The notes under the pieces: generated by a model | Told to the model about the DNA's origin: nothing | Database searches by the model: none | What the model saw: only the letters and a program-made list of their open reading frames with translations | Part shown: one piece after another, positions 14,065 to 24,556 of the stretch | How positions within the stretch are numbered: the stretch's first letter is position 1 | How the letters are laid out: each line of letters begins with the position of its first letter | Assembly (NCBI GenBank): GCA_977030845.1 | Contig: OZ365112.1 | Span: 14,198,001-14,262,000, forward strand | DNA from: Fimbriosthenelais zetlandica | Taxonomy: Eukaryota | DNA: 64,000 nucleotides | Direction of reading: 5' to 3' | Program-made: the position numbers and the translations under genes

Positions 14065-15262
14065 AAGAAATTCCATAATGTAATGAAAAAATCCTCCAGC
14101 GTCAAACGCTTAAGTGTTATGCACTCTGCTAGGGTATTAGAGTGCTACCCGTTATACACTACGGGCATATTCCATCCCACTTATTGGAAAATCTCTGCCA
14201 CCATATGCAGCAGTGCTAGCAGCAGCAGCCAGCTGGCCCGAGGAACCATTCCAAATCTGTCCACCTTTTGCCCCCGGGGGCGCTGGGAGATGATGGCCTA
14301 TTTCTTATCTAGGTCAGTGTGTCATTCTCGCCTAGACACACGCATGCATGCTGGTTTCTGACCCGGATTATCGCTCACACTGCTGTCAGATTTAATGGTA
14401 TGCTAATGAGAACGGTCGCGCACCCTAGCGCCGATTGCTAGAGGTACTAATGGTGCGGTCATCGATAGGTGCTTGGGAAAATTATTCCAGGAGAATGGTA
14501 TTAATAATTTCCTCCATGAAAAAGGGTCAGGGGCACGGCCTGGGTCACTCATTGTTGGTCTCCATTGGATGGCTATATTTCATGAGAATTCTGGCTGCAT
14601 TAGTGGATTGAATTCCTTCTCTAGATTGTTGTAAAAGTCTCGTCTCTATGGGTTTGTAACGTCCCCGGGCCTACCCATGTAGTGTTAGGTACCTAAACGA
14701 CCCCCGGGCTAGAGGTCAAAGGAAGTGTCAAAACATTATCGCCTCTGGTTCTAAACAGGGATTTCTTTCCTTTCCGCATTCGTTCGCAATACTGTGTCAA
14801 AACAGTTACGATTTTTAACCTCGAATTTCGTCTATAGGGATGGCCCCAGGCATATAACCCATAAAACCTGAAAAAAGTTGACCGCAAGAGAAAAACAGAT
14901 GGAAATGTAATAATTCTCATTACTGTTTGGCGCCCGGGTGTGTGATCTGTAAATTGCAGACATTAGCCTACAGTCAAACATTTCAGTTTATTTGATCCAC
15001 TTTTTATTTTGTCAATACTAAATATGTTTCCCATAAAGATTCAAAAATTATTTTAGAATAAAGGCAGTTGCATTGAAACAATTATTTACATTGAAAAACT
15101 CGAAACAAATCAACTTTTTGAGAACAAATTTATCAGAATAGTACTATTTAGAAATTCTCCAAACAAAAAGAATTAATGTATTTCAGTGAAATTCCTAAAT
15201 TTGGCCCCTATAGGCCAACAAAAACTTAAACTTTGAATGCACGGCTGTCTATGTTCCTGCAG

Positions 15263-15319
15263 ATCTGAAAACATATTTCACAATTTTGCCTACTTTACCT
15301 TATATATATTCATTGTTCG
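15263..15319 (+). other. Candidate non-coding exon (57 nt) just upstream of mir-10
   Basis: Acceptor GTCTATGTTCCTGCAG|A and donor TCG|GTGAGT. Confidence 0.35.
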
Positions 15320-16042
15320 GTGAGTCTTTGTAATGATTATTATTGGTCAGCAGGCTTGATGAACTTTCTAGTGTATTTTCCCATAGAATTCCATAGATTT
15401 CAGCTAGCCGAAGCTTTGGCGTTTCTCTCAGTCAAAATGTAGTGCTATATAATTATAGAGGCTTTAAATATTGCTATATATAAATATATCCCTGTGTCCA
15501 AGGCCGGACTTCAGTTTATATGTATTCTCATTGTAAAAAAGTGTATCAATTGGCTTATTAGGCTTTACCTAAAAAAACTTCTTCCGCAAATTTCAATGTT
15601 TAGATACGACAGTGTTATGTGCTCTATGAAATAGTCACATCTAGTCACATATATGCAGCTAGAATAATTCGTTTGCTTCTGGATTTAATACACTGTAAAT
15701 ATTTCCCTGTGTTTTAATTATTGTCCGATTTTGTTGAAAGAAGATTTTCCGCCATTTTTACCAGTATCTCGGTAGAGATCTTGCTTTTCAATGCTCCTTC
15801 TGTGTCACTGCCGTCAAACTTTGTACATATTTTGCCACTATTCACACTCGTAGTTTCCTGGTTTTAGCGCTATATATCAGTAATAACCAAACTGCATGCC
15901 CTCTTGGTTTTATTTGCCTGGTAATCTGGAGTATATTATTAACATCGGCTGTGGTATCGGGCTGTGTACATAGAACATTTCTCCTCCTCTGCATGTTGGA
16001 TTCCTTGGTGTGTTGGCTTTGCAAAGCAAAAATATTACTGCT

Positions 16043-16131
16043 TCGCCGCTACGGTAACCCTGTAGATCCGAATTTGTGTGGAAAATAAAAGCTACAAATT
16101 CGTATCTTCAAGGATCTAGTGTAGTGTGCGA
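16043..16131 (+). ncRNA. mir-10: mir-10 precursor hairpin (5p mature about 16056-16078 AACCCUGUAGAUCCGAAUUUGUG; 3p arm about 16094-16117)
   Basis: ACCCTGTAGATCCGAATTTGTG is the conserved miR-10 sequence. It pairs by hand with ACAAATTCGTATCTTCAAGGAT across an approx. 14-nt loop, and a lower stem extends to 16043/16131. It is on the same strand as Hox4 and upstream of it, the canonical location. Confidence 0.95.
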
Positions 16132-18212
16132 CCTCTCTGCAGCGCCTGCCTGCTCCGTCTCTCACCACATTCAGTTTGCCTCTTGTATATCCACAGTTTT
16201 CTACAATAGTTCTACTGCTCCGAAGTCGCATTAACCCGGGTATATGCTATTCTTCTTGTTTGTCCTTGTCTAATGTGTGATGTGGGAATTTTTACTTCAT
16301 TATTTTGGTGGCCCTAGCTGGATTATTATTTTGGATAACACATGCTGTTATTAGTGTAAATAAATTAACAGTTTCCACTTGTATACTATATTATGGTTAT
16401 AGAGTATTTATCCTTTGCATCACTTGCCTGGTTAAAGCTAGAAAGTGGTCCTCAATTTTCTCCTTATTTTTAACGCATTTTAACCCATGTTCCTTGTTCC
16501 CAAGATGATATTATTTGGTTGTAATCCCGGTGTAAACTCTCTAGCCTAAACATCACCTTTCTGTGACTGCAGTTCATCCATTTAGGCCTATAGCTCTCAG
16601 TTTTTATTACTATGGGTTTTTTTTCACTCGGAAAGGGGACTCAGAAAAAATGTAATCAAGGTTTTTTTTTATCTGTTTAAAATTATATTTTATGCAGCCC
16701 ACATATATGTTGTAGTATAATATTATTTCACAAAACTATTTTAATAACTAAATTTTAATTTACATGGCCTATTTTCCTAGCAGATATTATTTGAAAACTG
16801 AATATTGTATCGCTGCTTTTGAGTAGGGTGGCCTTCATGTCATACACTTCCTTGAATATAGAGAATTGTGACGCCAAGGCTATAACCTCAGACAATGAGA
16901 CTATTTTACTTTATATAATAGTTACTGTAATATTTACTTGGTTGGCACCCAGCATGCATTCCCTGTCTAAATGGTTTCATTCATAGACACTGAACAGACA
17001 AACTTAATTCGTTTCATACTTTTTACCAATGTGTTATAGAATGTCCCGTTGCCTCTCGCTCCCGTGCTAACTTTGATAACAAAGAGCGGTGTATTTTAAA
17101 CGAAATCGCCCTAAGACTTTACATACTTGTGACAAAGTCCATACCCCTACCCGCACTGGTGGAAAAGGGGCAATTAATGGTTGAACTCTAAGACCGAGCC
17201 CTAATGGTCTTTCTCTGCTGGCCCATTGACCCACGGTCATTAGCTTAATGCAGTTCTAAAGTTAGACGCGCCCCTCTCTTCTCCATTCCACATCCTGTCT
17301 CCTCTCAGACCAGAGTCATTACTGACATGTCTTTGTTCTCTCGCCGACTGCTTCCTTTTCTTCAATCCATTCCCAGTGGAGATTCTGGAGAAATAAGAAA
17401 GGGATTTGAAAAAAGGAGGAAGATGGAAAGAGTTGGTAATAGGAATGCTATGGGATACACACATGCGCTCCACACGGATGTTTTGGGAACCGTTGGTTCG
17501 AGCAAAACTCGCTAGGAGGACTGCCGAGCACAGCGCCGCCGCCTGGTGTAAAACGGGTGAACTAACCACCACTGGCCATGGTTCTTGACTGCTTTCTGAA
17601 CAGCTCGCTTTTCCTCTCTCATATCCATATCCCAATAGCGCAAAGATACCTGAAATATATTGCTATGACTGGAATTATGTACTTACATGGTCCAAACTTG
17701 ATCAAATCCTGAATGTCTCTCCAAACTATATAATAATCGATGCGTTCGGAATTGGAAGTCCTTCCACAACCGGTCCTTCATTGATACCTACAAAGATATA
17801 AATGACATTTAATTAATTACCATGCCCGATACACACCCTACACTGGCATTTTAAGTAAGATTAAGACTAATAAAAATGTCACAGTTGTAAATAACCATGG
17901 TCTATCTGTTAGATAAGAGAATTTCGTTTCTGGCGTTTCCCGGGTGGCGGCGCCTGGTTTCGAGGGGAAGGCCGCTGTGGGGAGGTGAAGCATGGTGTGT
18001 ATGGAATGATAGGGAGTAAAGTAAGGAACAGTCGGGGGTAGATGGGAGGTCGGCAAGATTTTACACATCTAAAGGCATATATATAGGTAGCTTTGAAGAG
18101 CGAGGTGAGGCGGTCTGGATCCCCCAACATACTGTGTGCCTGGCACTTTGGGCCCAGCTTGGCGCCAGTTGTGAAGTCTGTCTAAATACCGAGCTGGCTA
18201 TAGGCTGTAGGC

Positions 18213-18288
18213 GAGGAGCCTGGGGGTTTATATAGAGGCTAGCTTTATAAACAGATAGGTTAGCCTCTATATACCCTTCACCCTCTCA
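18213..18288. ncRNA. Candidate pre-miRNA-sized hairpin (unrecognised family)
   Basis: Perfect 13-bp arms TATATAGAGGCTA (18229-18241) and TAGCCTCTATATA (18261-18273), extended by G-U pairs to an 11-nt loop and outward by GGGGG/CCCTT. Confidence 0.22.
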
Positions 18289-20339
18289 GATGACACTCAA
18301 TGATAGATACCCTCCAACCCATCACTCCAACCCAACCCATCCTCCCATAACCTACATTTTTTTTCTCCAGTTTCATTTAAGTTCATTTCCAACGAATTTC
18401 CCAGGCGGCTCACGAGTAACTTATACGTGAATTTAAAAATGAAGATAGCATTTATGTGGCACTGCTCCTATATCTATTTTTGAAAAGTCGCAGCCATCTG
18501 AGGCAATTTAAAGTATGGAATTAAGTGTAATCACTAGCGATGATATTAGTCGGCGACGTGTGTCATCGCCTCTCCTCTATCCCCCTCCATCGCTTTCTAA
18601 TAGCGTCCAGGCATCAGTAGGAGACGATCTCATTTAAATTCGCCCCTATCTGAAAGCCAGAAGAAGTCCCATGTGTTTACGATAACGCCCGCTCCGATAT
18701 TTGATTCGATCGCCACCAATCCGTCGCCAAAGCGACAGGACATCAATGCATTGGTATGATTCAGCCCTTTGACAATCCACGTCAACTGAAGGACAGTTCA
18801 ATTGTACGAACCGCAGGCTCGTTTTCCCCCTTTGGAATAACACAAGGGAGGGCAAGATAAGCTAGGCCAGGGGTATGAATGGGAACCCCATTTGTCCCTA
18901 ACTCATACCCCAAGCTGCTTTTCACTCCAATCCTGTCATTTGTGGTGAACAAATAACTTGAAGTTGAGTCAGAAGTGACACGAGCCTGAATGATACTTTT
19001 ATTTGTCCAGATTTTTCGACAAATCCCTACTAATGTCAAGATAAGACCTGGATTTTCCTTTGAATTTGAAACATAGACTGATTTCTGAGTCAAACGATTC
19101 TGATTGGGGGGATTAACTATGAATAATATTGATGATACCATTGTCTCCAAATAACTTTTGGTCAGCATTTGGCAATTCCTAATTTGTTTGTTCGATTGAA
19201 CACAAACTTTGGATTAGTGGGCTATGGTCTTAGGGCAGACCCCCTGTATTTCGTTTAAGGCTCTTGGATTCCAATTTTTCATTTTCACTTGCTTTAAGGT
19301 GTTTGTCTTCGCTTAAGTTTAGGCCAAGCTCCAGGTGGGGTGGGTTGTACTTTGGTCGATCGGTCAAGATTCAAGGGTTTACCCCATGATGGCAGTGTGT
19401 GTGCGTGTGTATGTATAGGGGGTATGTGTAGAGGGGGTCAGATGGTCAATCATCCAGCCTACCATTCCTCAACCATAGGTCAACATCCGGGACATATGGG
19501 CCAATCTGCCCTGGGTTAGTTATCAATGCCACTCGCATGGGGGCGTGGACGTCAGGGCCAAATCCTGCACAACAAGATACCCTGGGGTAAAGGTTTTTCC
19601 CACCCCTTCAAACCACTCCCAAGGCTTATGTGTTGAATAGCTAATGCCGAAAGGGCCTCTGGACAGTGGCGTGAGAGAGGGCACAAACCCCTCTGGTCCC
19701 TCCCCCGGTCTACCCCTCATAACCCCTAAATCCCACACAACTAAATCTGCTTATTTCTCGTGAAATATCCGGGTGTGGGCCACAGCTGGTCAGGGCCTAT
19801 AAAAAGCTTAGGTCACGCCTGCTTTGTGTGTCTGAAAAGGAATGAAAGGGGAGGGCACAGGGAGGGGGTGGGGTGGTCAAAACCCCCTCTGGACTTTTTT
19901 GGTCGGACAAGGATTATGGGTGGGAAGATTGCCCCCAGTCATTTCCCCCATATAATCACTTTTGAAAGTAACGAAATTTCGCATAAGAGATAGAAACAAT
20001 ACTCGCCGGTTTGAAAGTCTCGTTAGTTGCAATTTATGCATTTTTAACTTTTAATTCCAACTTTAATTATTCCCAATTACTCTGGGTTATTTCGTAACCG
20101 TCTCTCTTTGATGGAAAACCCTGAAAAATCAGTTAAATATTTCTAGCAATGTAATAGAAAATAATATGTCGATCCGAAAAAAACTCATTGTCTGTCAATT
20201 AAGATTGTGGATTAACAGAAGGAATTTCTTTAAGATAAATAATACATTTAATTGGTTGATTTACCATCTCTGCCTTCATGCCCTACAAATCACCACTAAA
20301 CGGGTCCCATAACTGTCCGCTTCTCATCGCTAATAAATA

Positions 20340-20760
20340 GATTTGAGGCGAGAAGTAGGCGGGAGCATTACCACCTATAATGTGTGTTTCTAGCTCGAGG
20401 CAAACGGTCAAATTCATAAGCTGACATGGCCAATGGGCCTCCGACGAGATGGTCATCGACAATAGAACACTTATGAGGTCATTCCACCGAGATAAATGTC
20501 CGACGGTCGTCACTACGTGCGATTTATGTGCGCTCATGGAGGCGAGAGGCCAATCGCACGTGCTTTCTGGTAATTGCTCGTGTGAACAAACAGTTGTACT
20601 CGCGGCTGGCCCCTTGGAACAAAGAGTAGTGCTCATGTAATCTGGTCGTAATCAAATTTATGGGTTTTGTGCCTTGATTTATGTCCATGGCATTGCTGTG
20701 GTGATTCTCGTGGTTTAATTGTCTGTGTTGTGTTTCCCGCGCGCGCCTCGCTTGTTGCTG
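20340..20760. promoter_or_regulatory. CpG-containing enhancer/promoter-like block with CCAAT, E-box and repeated ATTTATG sites
   Basis: CCAAT 20550-20554 next to CACGTG 20557-20562; TAATTG 20571; TTTATGG 20657-20663; TGATTTAT 20675-20682; GATTTATG 20521. Confidence 0.4.
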
Positions 20761-21853
20761 CCTATTGTTGTCTGGTTTGGGTGATATGCTAGTAGCTTGA
20801 CCCAATGATGTTTAATTGTTCATATGTTTGTTTAATGTTGATTTACGGAAGTTGAATGTTGTTTATGATAGAGAATAAGTGGAGAGAGGTTGAGGTGTAG
20901 AAACAGAAGGATGGAGGGAGAGTTGGAGATGCTTTTAAGAGGGGATACAGAACGGAAATTGGAGGGGGACTGAAAAGTTTGTTTGAGATATTTTTGTTAG
21001 GTCTAGAGTAAAAAATGGAGACAATTATACCGGTATTCTCTGGTCAGTAGATTTTTTGTCCTTTGTCATCCTGAGATTGCCAACAGAGAGATAGGATACA
21101 TAGACGCACCGTGAACACCATTGAGGGAACATCTCTTTATATAGAGAGCCTTTAGAAAACCTATTGTAGACGACAGTCATTAATCTATGTCTGCCTTCCA
21201 TGTTAAAAACGACCAAATCAGATTGAGTACGAGGGGAGAAGTAACAGAACCACTTTGTACAAGCAATGGATTTCCATTTAATGTCAGAGACATGAATAGT
21301 GATAAAACACATAATGCATGGGTGGTTTTAAAACACCCAGCACCTGAATGTATTTCCATGACTGTGAAGGAGAGAATAATATAAAAGATGGCGGTGTTTT
21401 GTACCGTTTTGAGAAAACACTCCATCGCTCAAACGAAGCCCTATACCACCCTGAAAACTACACATTATTGTCCTTTTTCCTTTCTTTCTCAAAGCTTCAT
21501 CTAAGATTGAGTTGGGAGAGAGAGTGAGAGTGGGCCTGGGATGGTACAATTCGATCTGTCCCTGCTCCCCACCCAGCTCCACAAAGGGACGGTGGAGCAA
21601 TTTCATCGTGAATTGGAAGTAAATGAAACTTAAGGACTGTTCTTTGTTTCGTTTTAATCGATGAAGAGCGATAGGAGGTCATAGGGGAGACGGAGTGAAT
21701 GGAGGAAACGAGTTAGTGCACTTGCCTGCCCTGCTCATTTGTCATTTCCGTTGGGGGAGAAAGTTAGACAGTTGAGTCGCTTCGAAGCGATCCCCGCATA
21801 GAGATAACACGTCGGAGGGATCAGTCATTTTATATCATATTTTTGTGTCATCT

Positions 21854-21932
21854 GGGGGTTGAGGAGGGGGAAGGTAGGAGGTGGGGGAGGGGAGGGGGAG
21901 GTAGGGGGTGGGTAGGGATGGTGAGGGGGTGG
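21854..21932 (+). repeat. G-rich low-complexity tract, potential G-quadruplex
   Basis: Many G3-G5 runs separated by 1-4 nt spacers. Confidence 0.6.
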
Positions 21933-22929
21933 TATAACACACGCATACTGATTCAGAACAATAGGTCCTCGCTCATCGTTGTTTGGCTTGGAAATGTTGG
22001 ACATTTGTGAAGACTACACGTGTACACACAAAGGGCTTTCTCTCTTATCGTTCCTACAGGCAGAATGTGGGATAAAGAGAGGATGGAACTGAGTGTAGGT
22101 TTTTGTGTTGACACATGAAGTGATATTGCCGGGCACGGTGAACCAGTTTGACTATCATTGAGGAATGCTCATTGTCTGATTTACTGATCGATTCATCTGC
22201 TTCCACATGCGCGCGCATAACTACATCACTGTGCATGATTTCATGGCCATTTATATTCGTAAGGGTAATATATGACACAGACCTACACGTGGGTTTTAAG
22301 TGAAAATTCATGCATACTTTACCAGGTTTTAATCGATGCACACTTGTTGGATTAATTCATTTCTAAAAAGTACAATACCTATGTGTAATTTATTAACAAT
22401 GGTGTTTTTGAACCATTTGTTCTTTCTTTTGGCGGGAATCGATTAGCACCTATTAAGAACAATAGAATATTTTTATTATTGAAAGTCAATGTTTAAGTTA
22501 GTCATTCTGGTATGAAATGCTCGTTTGTATAAAGTTTTGAACTCAAATCTGTCAAATCGTTTAAAAGCATAAACGAGTGGACATCACGAATTCCATACCA
22601 TTAATTAAACCGTTTATAGCAAAAGAACATTTGCACACAAAAATTCCAAACTTTGTTGAGAGTGGTTTTTGGATTATTCATTATCCATTAGTGTGCACTT
22701 TTTCGTTTAAAACTCTGTGTTTTCGTTAAGTGGTCTTGATCAGTGAGGATGTGTTAAATGTGTAGGCAGCAGCAGGGCTGTGGTCAGACAGTTTCACCAG
22801 TCACCGCCACCTGGACGCAACATATATAACCTCATTACTCATCCTGACTTTGGCATATGCCACCCCATGGAAAATTTCAATCCCCTAACTCAGGAAAAAT
22901 TAATTTACCTCACGTATTATCACCCATTT

Positions 22930-23240
22930 GGCGCACTAATTAGAGCTCTTGGCACGAGGGGGCAGCTCACTCGCCCCCCTCCCGACTCGATTAGGTGCCA
23001 AAATCAAATTAATTGCTGTAAAGCGATCCAGAGCGCATGATAAAGAATTCTCGAGCAGCGAGGTATTTTGCTTGGGCAAACTTGATTTGCTATAATTGCA
23101 TTGCCATGCATAAAGTTAGCGCGAGAGGAAAGATGCGCGGGGGCCAGAGAGATGAGCGATGGACGACAGGGGGCGAAGGTAGCGCCGCGAGTGGCGAGTG
23201 GGGGCACTACGCAGGGTCAAAGGTCACGAGGGGCCCTGAG
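22930..23240 (+). promoter_or_regulatory. GC-rich block with CTCF-like motifs and a perfect DR1
   Basis: GCACGAGGGGGCAG 22952-22965; ACGACAGGGGGCGA 23163-23176; GGGTCA-A-AGGTCA 23214-23226. Confidence 0.42.
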
Positions 23241-24509
23241 GCCAGAATAACTTATCACAGTCCAAGCTGGTACCCTGACACAACTGTCTTATTTGTCATC
23301 CAAACATTATTTTCTTTTTGTAAAAAGTGGATATTTTTTCATTTATATAAACACCCTCTAGGTTTTTCTAGAAGCGCAAACAAATATATGTATGGATGTT
23401 TGTTCTTGGTGCCGCGGGGAACCTGTGGTCGTTTGGGAGATAGTGATGACATAACTGTCACTTAAAAAAATCTCGGAGACCTTCTTCCTGGGTGATAAAA
23501 CACAAGGTGTAATTATGAATGGTCCGTTTACTGGGAAAATAATAGCTTCTCATATATTTCCCCTATAGGGAGAGGACGCGGACTTGATGTCAAAGTGAAC
23601 ATAATCAAGCAAAGCTATTGAATTGAAGAGAATTAGTTTTCCTTTCTCAAAAAACCTGCCCGCTTCGTTACGTATTCAATTTAGTTTAGTATTTGAAGAA
23701 TTCATAATAGCAATCATATTATTTTTGTGGGAAGTTCTCCTGCACATTTGTCAGCTATCCATTTCTATGTGACTAATATTTTTCGGGACAAATTAGATGA
23801 TTATTTTCTCAACTGTCTATATCCCTGTTCTCCATAATAATTTATTATCAAATATCAATCAAATACTTTCATTAGTCTCTGTCTTTTTAGCGGGTGTGTT
23901 TTTAATAATACATTATAAATGCCTGTTCATATGAAGTGTAAGTTTACCGAGGCACAAAATGAAAACTGCGCGAACATTAATCAGGCCCGTGAAGGTGATA
24001 TGAGTTGATCAGGTATTGATGACGCTAATGACGGTCATCAGTAGACCTTATGAAAGCTGTGATGGATATGTTGTAGATTTAAGAAGGGGAGAATTCTTTG
24101 TCAGCTCCTCCTATAACTCATCTATTATATCCTATACCTAAATTAAACAGCTTCTCAATAAACAAAAACCTATCCTTGTGTAGTAATGCATCAACGCCGG
24201 GCCTACCCTCACTTAATGAGTTATTTCATGGCCAAGTTTATTACATTCATCTCTTCAACTTCCTCTTCCTGTTGTTTTTATTCATACATCGTATTTATGC
24301 CGTCTTTCTGAAGTACTTGAGAATATCTGAGCACATCCTGTAAAGCCTTGTACTGTTTATATAGATATATACCTCAGCATTCGCTCTCGTGAGAGTTTTA
24401 TAATAAATCTCACCTTGCTGAAGGTTGAAATATTGTCAGGAGCAATCCAACAGATTTTTCTTGCGGGAAGCGAGCTCTTTATGAGAGAGGAATTGTGAAG
24501 CGATGAAGG

Positions 24510-24556
24510 TAATGGCCATTATATGGGCGTTATGGCCATTACGGGGTCAGAGGTCA
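24510..24556 (+). promoter_or_regulatory. Paired palindromic homeodomain sites followed by a perfect DR1
   Basis: TAATGGCCATTA 24510-24521; TTATGGCCATTA 24530-24541; GGGTCA-G-AGGTCA 24544-24556. Confidence 0.5.

Noticed and set aside
1-16000. Search for Hox5/Scr or a second homeobox, and for tRNA, rRNA or CRISPR anywhere in the window
   Set aside because: No WFQNRR-, YPWM- or MSSYF-encoding sequence outside Hox4, and no tRNA, rRNA or CRISPR signatures were seen.
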